64,000 bases of DNA from NCBI GenBank assembly GCA_002633005.1, contig NMRA01000619.1:169704-233703 (forward strand), written 5' to 3'. The translations under genes and the position numbers were made by a program. This stretch comes from Phoronis australis. Its lineage: Eukaryota > Animalia > Phoronida. The notes beneath the pieces are model-generated. The model was not told where the DNA came from and did no database searches. It worked only from the letters and a program-made list of their open reading frames with translations. Below, piece after piece: positions 41,301-53,578 of the stretch (its first letter is position 1; every line of letters begins with the position of its first letter).

Positions 41301-42860
41301 CAGAGTCAAAAGCAGTAAATATGGCCACTAGGTGGCGCAAACTAGGTTGAATCCATCTGAAAACAGAAAGATAGCGTCACCTCACTAACAGAAGCCTGTA
41401 CACCAAATCTTATGAAAATAGCTTAATGAAGTTGACACTAGCTGGCATACCAGTAGTCAGATCTGTCCGAAAGTTGTTGTCGTCTGTTGTCGTCATCATA
41501 TAAATGAACTAAATTTCGTAAAGATCCTGCAAACAGTTTAGGAGATATAGCCATAGGCTCAAAAAAAAAACTGCCACTAGGAAGCGCCACAGTAGTCGAA
41601 GTCGTCAGAAAAACCATTGTCAACCGTTCTCTTCAAAGTAAGATCATACATACCAATTTTTATAATCATGCTTAGAGCGGTTTGGTTGATAGAAGGGTGA
41701 ATGCTAAAAACAGACTCAAAAACAGTAAAAATGGCCACAAGGTAGCGCAAACTACGTCAAATCCATCTGAAAATGGAAGGATACCATTGTCTCACTAATA
41801 GATGCCTATATACCAAATTTTGTGAAAATATGTTGAGGACCATTGAAAATACAGACTGAGGTTAACGTAAAAAACTAAAATTGCCACAAGGGGGCGCAAC
41901 GGTATTCGGATCAGTCCGAAAGTTCGCTCATGCCATCCCATCCATGAAAGGTACATATGAACATATGACAATCGGTTTTTGGAGCATTGGACACTGGACG
42001 GACGTCGCCTGGACGAACGGAGATGACCGCATAATGCGTCCACACATAAATATGTGGGTGCAAAACAAGCGATCGAACTGTGCTTCGAAGTTGTGTAAAT
42101 GTCACAACAAATTATTAAAGCTGATTTAATTTCCTTACAAGTTTTTAGTATTTTAATACCACGAAACCGAATTTCATAAAAAATTTTGCTCCTACGAAGC
42201 TGTCATCATCTCCCGACAGATGTTCCAAAATTTTAGGAAATAGCGCGTGTTGAGCGTACTGTTTTCTTTGTTACAAAAGGCCGAGAATTATGAGATAAAG
42301 TAACGTTTACTAGATTGTTTTTCACTTAAACGGCTCCAGCGGGCAAGGTGAGTTTCAGTCGACACCCAGATATTAGCATGCTCCCCTGCTGGTTTATAGC
42401 TCTATATGTTGATATAAATTTCGTGACGAGGTGACGAGCAGAACTACCTGGGCCATGTGAAATTTCGGAGTCTAGCAGAGCTCAACAAACAATGCTACTG
42501 GTACCTAGCTGTATTTTGAAGATAGTCTTCATACAGCAAGCTGGCTGGCTAGGCCTCGAGATGAATCAACATCACAGGAAGGAAAAACGAAAAAATTTGT
42601 GAGTACGCATATATTGATCTCTCGACTGGACTACGTACTTCCATGGCTAATGACCTATATATCTCTTTGTACTGTACAGCCTCGGTGACGTCACGAAAAA
42701 CAGCGCATGTAGTGGGGCTTTACGGAACTAATATATTTTTAATTTTCAAAGTAAAAAGGAAAAATACTGTGCACTATTTAGGAATATGTGGATGCCAGTA
42801 ACCAACCTTTAAACTTTCAAAATTCATATCAAAATGCTGAAACATGTAGTTTAAGCCTCT
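38314..42860 (-). mobile_element. Large decayed DNA transposon with imperfect TIRs and THAP, DDE-like and YqaJ-like remnants (ISL2EU/Kolobok-like)
   Basis: tgacgtcactgaggctgta (38462) mirrored by tacagcctcggtgacgtca (42676); THAP remnant ~40700-40905 (C...SN...D.EIRK....LRRDEG); tattatgct-gaatacaggg (YYA.IQG-like) on + near 39767. Confidence 0.45.
38952..42065 (+). mobile_element. Helentron/HINE-like tandem-array element, copy 1 (interrupted ~39500-41090)
   Basis: Starts aacaagagcaa; ~120/240-bp units with ccaaatttt and gccactagg motifs; ggacggacg microsatellite and 3' hairpin ccacacataaatatgtgg. Confidence 0.7.
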
Positions 42861-42931
42861 TTCAAGGAAGATATCACTGATTTCACAGATTACAAAATCT
42901 GGGTATTAAACTGCTGCTGAAAATTTCCTAC

Positions 42932-42997
42932 CTTAATACCATTGAGTATCTCATTCATCAACTTCATGCGAACGTCTTTGTAACCCATCTGTTCATC
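42932..42997 (-). CDS. ABCC1: ABCC1-like exon (DEQMGYKDVRMKLMNEILNGIK)
   Basis: gaacag| ... |gtagg, 66 nt, phase 0-0; read manually, absent from the ORF track. Confidence 0.95.
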
Positions 42998-44453
42998 CTG
43001 TTCAAACAAACAATAAGAATTCTAGGTTCTATTTCATAAACATTAAATGCAAAAGTGCAACAAAATGATAACCCTAACCCTAGCCATGTTAATGTGACAG
43101 TCAGTTGTAACAGTAAAAGTTCCAAATTCTGAGAACCTGTTGATTTCACTGAATAGCAATCCGGTTATTCTGTCATTGCCTGGTTTTCCAAATCAGGCAG
43201 CATTACATCCAACTCTCACAGTGCTCATATTTCTTCACAGATTCAACAAATTCTGGTGCTCTTTGCTAAAAAACCTAGATCAAAACGAATACTATATGGA
43301 CGGAAACAGTTATCATATTTTTCAGCAAAAATTTTAAAATGAATTTCAAGACCACACTTCTTAGTGCTACATTCAATAGACCTTATGCGAAATGGTATCA
43401 AGAGGGGCAATTCTGATATGTCCCAAAAGTTCTACTAAATACGCACCCATATTTAGGTTCCTATGCTTATCACTAATGGTTCCTTCAATAAAATCAATTT
43501 TTTGATCATTTTGGTCATGTATCCAGAAACATTCATTAATATACAAAATAAATATAAGTCAATGATATTGATGTAATTTCCCGTTTTTTCCATTAAGTTT
43601 ACATTTGTATTTTGTAACTGTAATGATACTGTTTGTGATACACAAGGCTCCTTCTAGTTAAGATAAAAGAGTCATATTTATGTATCAAGTGGAATGTGAC
43701 ATTTCATCACACATATTCTTACCACGTATTTTGTAATTAAAATTTTGAGACTTGGTCAAAAATAATTAAAGAAACGATGTCATAGATTATGACATAGTTA
43801 CTAGAATTGGCCAGGTATCAACAAATTTAGCGATATAAAAAAGTTAGTAAAATCAAAGAAACTGTATATTTTAGGACTATTAAGAATGATCATTACTCAA
43901 CAAAAACCTAACACAACCAGTCGCTATGTCCAATGTTGTATTTTACAAATACAATGAATAAGATAGTAATGGACGTTACCAACTAAAAATAAGTTGTTCA
44001 CAAAGTTATAGAATGAAATAATTCGATGCTTTATCAAATACTTCTTCAAAATCGAGAATGACTTTATCTGATAAAAAATTTTGACACCAACCACCATAAC
44101 ACATTCAACTGATTGTAAAGCTACACTGGTCATCACTCCACGCACATATTAATGGTCAAAAACTTTTTGACTTGCCACTCTCTTTTGTATTTTTACCAAG
44201 ACATGTTCTATTTTTACACCAAATCAAAACAAGTCAAAACATGAGTTGTGCATTTGACCACTTGTATTGAGAATCAGCAATAATGCTATATCCAAAACAA
44301 TGCATTCATTTCAGATTTTTGCACCAGTGTTTTACACGATCAAAAAAAGTTAAAGTAAGCCTTCTCAAGTATGCAGCAGTGAAGCACCGTGACAAAACTG
44401 AGTTCCCTACAAAATTCACAAAAGGTCCATAGATGAGTACGCAGAGAGTTTAA

Positions 44454-46021
44454 AGGGGAAGGCAACCTTTTTTCATGTCACTTTTAGCAAAAATATGGTT
44501 CGTTGATTATCCCAGACACATTTTTCATTTAATTACAGCTTTTCGTAATTTGATTAATTTCTCGTCCTCTATTCCGGAAGTGACGTTTTGGGAGGCAAGA
44601 GTTTCGCGCCAATTTCTTTTCATTATAGTCTGACTATGGGAGCTGTCGAGTCAGTCATTGTTCAACCTCGGTTGTGATAAGTTCGGTCATTGTTTGCTTT
44701 TGTTTACAAGTCAGTCAACATGCCATGCTGTTGCTGCGTGTCGGGATGTACTCAATATCATCTCACACGCGCTTTGGGTACCTTGCGTCACTTTCCGAAG
44801 GATGACACACTTCGCTTCACTTGGCTAGCTTGTTCATGTGAAGAACGCAGCGCTACCCGTCTACGCAACGTACAAAGCAGTGGAGGGTTACCGAGTGTGT
44901 GGCAAACATTTCCTGCCTTTAGATTACGACAGAGATATGTACGCTGAATTGATGAAGGTCCCTGTGAAACTATGCCTGAAGAATGGTACCATACCGTCAC
45001 TACTGATTTCCGGCAGTGCCCCGTCGCCAACCCCGAGAAGTGCATTTTTGAAGCGAGAAGCCTCGCGAGCTGTGGCCACTATATACAGTGATTGGAGGCA
45101 CTTCATCTACTGTCACCCGTGCCTCCGAACCATCCACGCAACGTACAAAGCAGTGGAGGGTTACCCACTAGTGTGTGGCAAGCATTTCCTGCCTTCAGAT
45201 TACGACAGAGATATGTACGCTGAATTGATGAAGGTCCCTGCAAAACAATGCCTGAAGAAGGGTACCATACCGTCGCTTTTGATTCCCGGCAGTGCCCCGT
45301 CGCCAACCCCGAGAAAAGCATTTTTGAAGCGAGAAGCCTCGCGAGCTGTGGCCACTATATACAGTGACTTGAGGCACTCATCTACTGTCACCCGTGCCTC
45401 CGAACGTACCCCATTGCGTTTAATTCCGGGAACTAACAATGATTCGCTGCGTGCTGTTGTCTCTAGCCCAGAGCCTGTAAGCAACCCTGCAGCGATGTTG
45501 AGTAGTGGGAGAGAATACAGGCCCAGTTCGACACCCAGTTAAGAGGACAGTTTGTCATCCAATGAACAGATCGGTGAGCCTAAGTTTATTGTGGACTTGT
45601 ATTGGAGCTATTTAGAAGGTGCCAGGTGTGTGGCGAGTGAGTCACAGGGTGGGATGTAAGCAGTTTGGGTGCTCAGATCACCTCCAGTGGGAGTGTGTCG
45701 CGGGACACTCAGGCAAGTGGGACAGTTCTTCCTCTGAGTACACCCCAGTACGCAGCAACAGCGTGGCATTTTGACTGACTCGTAAGCAAAAGCAAACGAC
45801 GACCAAACTTATCACAACCGAGGTAGAACAATGACTGACTCAACTGCTCTCACAGTCAGATTATATGAAAAGAAATTGGCGCAAAATTCTTGCCTCCCAA
45901 AAGTAGACGACGAGTAATTAATTAAATTACGAAAAGCAGTAAATAAGTGAAAAATATGTCTGGGATAATCAATGAACCTTATTTTTGCTAAAAATGACAT
46001 GAAAAAAGGTTGCCTTTGCCT
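44454..46021 (+). mobile_element. Family A fold-back derivative: two THAP-side ends and an internal ~270-bp tandem duplication
   Basis: TTAA at 44450-44453 and 46022-46025; ~300-bp inverted ends; THAP C-half duplicated (ATYKAVEGY...REASRAVATIYSD twice). Confidence 0.88.
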
Positions 46022-47104
46022 TTAAGCCGCTACAAACTCCATTCCACCATAAAAAGAAGCCTTTAATTTAGATGACTTATTGAATATGAAACATTACGTA
46101 AACAAAGGAAATTTGCACAGCATTTGTTGCAAAAAATTTTCATCTATGGAAAGTGAAAGTTGCATAGGGACGGAATGTGTGACATCACCATAATTGAGTA
46201 ATCCTGGAGATTCTGCCATCTTGGTTCTATAACTCTTGTCATTTTGCTAGAGGAATTTACATTGGGTCAAATGTTGTAACTAGAAGATAAGGCATTTCAG
46301 AAAACACGTTAATATTATAATAATCTGCATGACTCACAGATGATGTGGCACGAGCTCTAATTTAAAGTTTAACGAAAATTGCCAGTTTCAACTAAGTTAA
46401 TGTGACTGTGTAAGTGATTATTGTTGGTTTCCAATAATGGAATAGTTGCAAGAGGCACAACTTAATAACATTCCACCTCTATTCTCTAACCATGATTCAT
46501 AATTCGATCAAGTCTCGAAGACCAATTACTTAAAGATGTATTTGCATGCTCCTTACTATGCTAATGTGCTGCAGGAACTACACAAAAAGGCTATTTGAAC
46601 ATCCACCAACTCTAAACAAAGATCAGTTGTATTCACTGACAATTATTTTTACCCAAAAATGTATCATATTCATTACACCATATCTTAAATGTCAGTTGTC
46701 ATATAGTGTTTGATTTTACTTTTAAGTATTTCTGTTTCTGTTGACAAAGGACGTTATTACATCTGAAAATTTCAATTGATCCATTCTTGTTGTTTTATTT
46801 ACCTATTTATACTTGACAATTTGTCAATGTGAAAAATAAAAAATTCTGCAAATTGGTGATCTTTGCACTAATGATGTACCTGGGGGGGTGGCTCAACAGC
46901 TAGCAGTGTTATTCCCCAACACCATATCACGATACTTACTGGATATGGTTGAGTGATTTACAGCAGATCATTTTCAACACAAAACTCGTTCTTAAAAACA
47001 TTTTTGCGTGAACATGCATGACCTCATCTCATTCTACGGAACGGAGCCCTGATCTTAACTTGTTCATCCCTCAATGTGGTAAGTGACTCCTGGGCTTGAA
47101 AGAA

Positions 47105-47523
47105 ATGATGGTTGATAACTGAACAAGATGATGCTTAGGACATAAACTGATGGTTGATTACTGAACGAGACTATGCTCAGGACATAAACTGATGGTCGAT
47201 TACTGAACCAAACCACGCTTGGGACATAAACTGATGGTTGATTACTGAACGAGATGGTGCTTAGGACATAAACTGATGGTTGATTACTGAACGAGACATT
47301 ACTCAGGACATAAACTGATGGTTGATTACAAAGCGAGATGATGCTTAGGACATAAACTGATGGTTGATAACTGAACAAGATCATGCTCGGGACATAAACT
47401 GATGGTTGATTACTGACGAAACCATGCTCAGGGCATAAACTGATAGTCGATTACTGAATGAGAACATGCTCCGGACATAAACTGATGGTTGATTACAGAA
47501 CAAGATCGTGCTCAGGACATAAA
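47105..47523. repeat. 42-bp minisatellite (aggacataaactgatggttgattactgaacgagatgatgctc), about 10 copies
   Basis: direct reading; explains ORF 47064-47384. Confidence 0.95.
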
Positions 47524-47797
47524 ATGACAAGCTAACTTCATGAGCCTAGTCTTAAGCAACAACATACTATCGGTTCTTTCCAACGCCAGGCATCACTAAT
47601 TTGAGTGAAACCAACTTGAGATCAATTTCATATTTTATAAGTGGTCTTGATCAAAAGTTTGCTTTTAACAAGAGGTTATACAACAGTTAAGCCTATTTTA
47701 CACATTCAGTCCACTTCTTTTGTCAGTTTTGCACACTAGAAGACACTCGGTTACTCAGCAAATGCCAAATATTGTGAATCTAACACCACGCATTTCA

Positions 47798-48094
<297 letters not shown>

Positions 48095-48936
48095 CTAAGG
48101 AAAAAAGATGTTTTGCGTAAGTGGAAGGAAGTAAACAAAAATGAACAGGAAGCTGCTGTTTTAAGGAAATTTCCCATACAGTTAACGTTGCTACTGCTGA
48201 AGCTTTGATGATAACTTGCATCTGTCTTTAGTGTACTAGATAATTTTAAAGGATTCAATGTAAGCTATTCTTTGCTGCATCATGGTGTTCATCTCATCAG
48301 CTGGCATTTTGAAGTTGAGATCTGTGTTCCCTGACAGATTTACACAGGTTTCCTTAACAACTGTAAACAGATCCCAGACTTATTAAATACAACACAAATT
48401 CATGCCCAAAAGCTATATCCCAAAGCCACCAGACACTCACCATGCCGAGACTTCTAACAAGAAATCTTCACTTATGTAACGGGAACAATTTTCTCCAATA
48501 ATTCAACATGCAAGTATCGCCAACCAATCACTTCAGTGGCACTCACTGACAAGATACCAGGATCTCGCTTTTGTCACTGGGAACTTGCTCTCTGGAATGC
48601 TTCCACCCATAATGCACCTTACAAGCAACTACAGTACAATCCAAAAGTATTCAGACAAAATGAACCAGAATTCCCTGTCAGTGGTTAGACGGAAGTCTAA
48701 TTCATTGTCAGAGTAGTCTTCCCCCATGAATAAGAATGAAGGAAAATTAACAGGAAAGTTAGCAAGGGTGTTAAGCCATTCTGCAATTAGAATTTTGCCC
48801 CCACAATAGTCACTACAAGTAATTTTTGTTGTTAAAAGAATAGAAGTCATGATGGCTAGATGGTACTTTGTCTGATTGTCTTGTACTGTATATGCACATT
48901 AAATGATTGCAAGTCACTAGGAACATGATTCCGTAC

Positions 48937-49114
48937 CTTTCTGAATATGGCAGCGATGAGTGCCGTTCTTATCTTCATACCGACCACCATACACTTATCA
49001 AAGTACTGATGTAACACTAATGACTGACAGACAGCGGCGGCAAACATGAGGATGGCGTACATGTAACCTTTCCACGTGAAGATCCTCTTGTCTTTTGTAT
49101 ACAGGATTAAAAGT
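48937..49114 (-). CDS. ABCC1: ABCC1-like exon (TMD1; ...WKGYMYAILMF...LHQYFDKCMVVGMKIRTALIAAIFRK)
   Basis: tttcag| ... |gtacgg, 178 nt, phase 2-0. Confidence 0.95.
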
Positions 49115-49359
49115 CTGAAACAAGAATAATTAAGATAGCTGAATGCCTTACTACCTGTCTTGTCAAGGATAACACTTCTTCAAACCTACGAAACCAGATT
49201 CAACATGTTTAACATCTTCAATGATGACAGACATACCACGACAGAGGTCATCATAAATCCAAGGAAGTGATAACTGTTCCACAAAGCTTGCACATAATCA
49301 TTCTACAAGCAATAAAAAGCATCTCTGATATTTCTTGTTAGGTCTAGAGCTCCAATGTT

Positions 49360-51600
49360 AACAAGAGCAACACGGAGCATTGAAATACGTCCACGACTGC
49401 TCTGCAAGGCAGACGGTGAGCTTCAAGGGATGTTAATTTGTATCATAAAAATGGCCATTTAGTTGGCACAGAATACACTGAACACATCCAAAAATGGGAA
49501 GGTGTTGTCATCTCTTAAAACTATTTGCCAAATTTCATGAAAATCTGTCTAAGAACTCCCAAGATACAAAGGCAAATGAAAAAACAACAAACTGCCATTA
49601 GGAACCACAGCAGTAGTCAAATCCGTCCATCTGCTGTCTATTTAACTGGAATACAATTGCATAATTTCAAAAACAACTGGGGGTTTAGGAAATAGGGCTG
49701 TAGATGCGAAGAAATGTCACAAAGGGCATAACAGTAGTTGAATTCCATTTGAGAATCTTCGTCAGTTATGCTCTTGTCAGTAGGAACCCATCAGCCAATT
49801 TTCATAATGATCCTAAGCAAGGTTTTGCAGATACAGACAGAACCAGACAACAAAAACAGACCAAAAATAATTAAAATGGCCACTATTTAGTACACAATAC
49901 ATCACAAAAGGAAAGGAGCTGTCATCTTTATTACAGAAAATGTTACTCCAATTTTATGAAAAAGAATGAAGGAACTCTGAAGTTACAGAGACAAATGTAA
50001 AAAATAAAATTCCCACTAGGGACTGATCTGAAAGTCTGGCTGTCATTTGTTGCCATCTACACAGGAGCACATCTGCTAAATATCAGAAAGAGTTTGCAAA
50101 GGGTAAAGGAGATACAGAAGTGGGCGCAAAAACTAAAATGGCCATTAAGGGGTGCCACAGTAATAGAACACATCCAAAAATCAACCTCAGCTTCGATCTT
50201 CTCATCAGGAGCACATCTCCAAATTTTAATAATGCTCCTTCAAATGGTTTGGTAGAGTGACAAAAGTGTGCTCTAAAATTTTTGAAATGGCCCTAGAGTG
50301 GCACAGAATCTGCCCAAAAATGAGAAGGCATCCTCATCTCCTTAAGAGAAACCTATTTCCAAAATTTCATAACAATAAAAATGGCCTCTATACGTCGAAT
50401 CTATCCCAAAACGGAAACCTGTCGACTCTTAAATTGAAACCTGCTTATTAAATTTTGTAAAGAGCTACCGAGGAGTTTCAAAGATACACAGTGCAACAAA
50501 ATAAAATTGCCACAATGAGATACTACTGTAGTAGGATCCATTCAAATGTCATCATTGTCACCTAAATACAAATACACCCGTCCGAGGATCTAAGTGACTT
50601 AATCAATGCTGGCTCACTTGATGCCATGTACAAATCAGTTGATGTCCCGGCAGTTAGTGATGCACCTCCTCGACGCTTTACGAGGCCCCGTCGCCTTCCA
50701 GCACATCTACAGGACTTCGTTTTAAATCAATATTCTGTTCTAGTAGTTAGGAACTATACCCTTTCGTATTTATAGACATTAGGTGCCATGGGCTTTCTCC
50801 ATTATAGTTATAGAGAGGCATTACAGCCTTTTTCCATTTAAAGTTAGAGAAGTTGCGCCATCATTTGTTTACATAACTACTTTATTCAAATGCATTGTTT
50901 TGTAATTTCCTTCCAGTTCGTCTTCGATGAAAACACAGATGTTCATGTAGCCTGGTCATCCTTTATTATTACTGGTGAAGGAACTTCAGAGAAACAGAGG
51001 AAAATGGAAAAAAATGAAATTGACGCTACGGGGCTCAGCATTTGTCACATCTGTCTAAAAGTCGTCATCATGTTTTGTCAACTTCATATAAAATATACAC
51101 TTGCTAAATTGAATAAAGATCCTACAGAGGGTTTAGGTGATACAGCCATGGGCGCAAAAAATGTCACCAGGAGGCACCACAGTAGTCGAAGTCATTGAAA
51201 ATCATCGTCAGTCATCCTCTTCACAGTAGAAACATTCCAATTTTCACAATCATCCTTTGAGTCCTTTGGTTGCTAGAGGGGCGAATGCGAAAAAAAACAG
51301 TAAAAAAGGCCAATAGGTAGCACAAAATCCACCCGAAAACAGGAGGCCAGCGTCCTCTCATTAATAAATGCCTAACTGTCAAATTCTATGAACATTTATA
51401 GAGGACTTTTGAAGAAACAGAGGTAAACATAAAAAACTAAAATTGCCACTAGGGGACATACCAGTTGTCCGATCTGTCCGAAAGTTCACTCTTCGCCTTC
51501 CCATTCACGAAAAGAACAAAATTTCATGAACAAACTTTAAAGGGTTTTGGAGAAAGAGCAGCAGAAGCAAGACGAATGGACAGGAATTACGACATAAAAG
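49360..51600 (+). mobile_element. Helentron/HINE-like tandem-array element, copy 2
   Basis: Same aacaagagcaa start and unit motifs; interrupted by a Gypsy-like piece. Confidence 0.7.
50560..50975 (+). mobile_element. Gypsy-like pol 3' end / LTR-like fragment
   Basis: PPRRFTRPRRLPAHLQDFV is typical of the end of Gypsy pol; interrupts the array element. Confidence 0.45.
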
Positions 51601-51678
51601 TGTAAGACTACCGAATTTTTCACAGGATAGAAAAACTCAGCTGACATGGCTTAGTGACTTGAAAGCTATTCCACTTAC

Positions 51679-51915
51679 TTGAGTAGCTGAGGGCTGACAA
51701 ATAACAAGATGTCGTGCAAAAGCTTGAAAAATGACGCGGCGCAGAATGTGACACCGTATGTCTTACACAGGGCCCATGTCAGAGATGGTGTCTTGATGTT
51801 CTTCGCATTTTTCACCTCGACCAATGGTTGGTCTACGTTCTCCACCTTGTCTAAGTCACTCATGGGGACATCACCTCTGGATTTTCTGGAATGCTGGGAC
51901 ATCTCCGACTGCGAC
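51679..51915 (-). CDS. ABCC1: ABCC1-like exon (...PSLTWALCKTYGVTFCAASFFKLLHDILLFVSPQLLK)
   Basis: ttgcag| ... |gtaag, 237 nt, phase 2-2. Confidence 0.93.
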
Positions 51916-52071
51916 CTGCAAGAAGTTTTGGCGTGTGAAAGCTACTGGTCATGTTAACTCATTCGACCCTGAGTACCATAATGTATAAAAAGCTTGATGG
52001 CCTGGCTGAGCTGTGGAATTTGTACCCCCTTGAATTCTGGAGAATAGGTTGCTCATTGGTTTTTAGAGGCA

Positions 52072-53578
52072 ATGCAGTATAAGATGATCACTTTCTTAGA
52101 GACATGGTAGGTTAGTTGCAGACGTTTCGACCTGGTCCCCCAGGTCTTTATCAATGAGTGAGGAGATTCCCGCCTTTCCTGTATTCGAACATTTTTAACC
52201 ATTCACCAGGGTTGTCATTACTATTGACCGAGAGTTTCGTGAGAGGGCGGCTTGTGCTGTTAACAGTGAAGTTTCTTTCGACCTAGTATATGAAAATTGT
52301 AGTGAGGGAGATGCTGTTGTGTACACTGATGGATCGGTTAAAAGAGGAGAAAGATCTGGATGGGGCTTTGAAGTCAATGTGGATGCCAAAATAGTAGCGA
52401 AAAATGGCGAGGCATATGAGCTCACGACATCTAGTATGAAGAAGGAGGAGGTTGCTACTGAAAAGGCACTTGCATGGCTACAGGAAAGCACTCATACCTG
52501 CGCAGTTATTGTGACAGACTCTCAGAGCATGATGAGAAAAACTGAAAAGCGATATCTCAAACCCAAGTGGCTGCTGCATTTACAAAACAGTGGACTGAGA
52601 AAGCTGACTTGGATATTCTCCATTGGGCACGCCGGGGTCGCCGGAAATGAGAAAGCTGACAAGTTAGCGGGAAATGCACCAATACAGGGGCGCCCTCAGA
52701 TTGGGAGAGAGTGAGATTCTCGGAGCACTTAGAGAGGTGGAGCTATGGGAGAATGAGATGCAATTGACAGAATGCAGCTGTTTGGATATGAGAGAGGCTG
52801 CGGTATTGATAGCCAGTTGAATAACCTGGCAAGATGACTGTGTAATCAGCAGTTGGTTGGAGTGGTTAGTCAAAGGACATTGTCTGACTTGATGATGTGG
52901 AATTCCGAGTATCTATGGGCCTGCTCCAAGTGTGACGACGCTGGTTCTTCACCCAAGAAATACCAAGTAACCAGCGAATGGCAGGAAACTCCTCACTCAT
53001 TGATAAAGATGTCATGAATTCTCATGAAGTTAATTAAGTGCAAATTTCATCATTTCCTATGACGTACAACTATCCCAACAAAACAGTTTATGTTATATAA
53101 CAATTTCGGACATCTTGTGTTGTTGTTTACTATTTCGCTGACCATTGCCCACTCATAGTGAAACCCTATATGCCAAACAGCTGTCCAGACTCCATTCATG
53201 TTTATGAGTTGGATGAAATCACCGGAACTCTCAATATTGTTGTTGTTTTGCACTCACAACCCACACATATTTCTATTCACTATATATATTGTAGCTAGAG
53301 TTAATAAACTTTGTGTGTCAGTAGAAACTCAACAACTGTGTTAGTTTTTATGCTGCTCTCCATCGACTTGCTGTTGCTACCTTGTTAGCCAACTATCTAC
53401 CGTTCAACCAAGAACCGGGTAACCCCCCCAACTATACTACCACGACCATCCCCACACTTGTGGAATCTGTGTCTCCACATTGCCGATATTTCCATCAAAA
53501 GACCTGGCGGACCAAGTCAAAACGTTTGCAACCAACCTACCATGTCTCTAAGCAGGTGATCACCTTATACTGCAACCT
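52072..53578. repeat. Inverted-repeat pair with a degenerate hammerhead-like core, flanking the RNase H fragment
   Basis: 52072-52180 is mirrored by 52978-53009 plus 53495-53578; minus strand reads ttgataaa-gacctgg(ggga)ccaggtc-gaaac. Confidence 0.6.
52200..52970 (+). mobile_element. 5'-truncated non-LTR retrotransposon with RNase H domain (I group)
   Basis: YTDGS...E.VA...AL...IVTDSQS...W...GHAGVAGNEKADKLA; short ccaag repeats at the 3' end. Confidence 0.8.

Noticed and set aside
43378-44428. MITE with agacctt/aaggtcc ends
   Set aside because: Inverted match too short and imperfect to support without other copies
47064-47384. Repetitive 106-aa ORF (NQPSVYVLS)n and CRISPR-like periodicity
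   Set aside because: 42-bp minisatellite; the variable parts are mutated versions of one another rather than unique spacers, there are no cas genes, and the context is a eukaryotic intron
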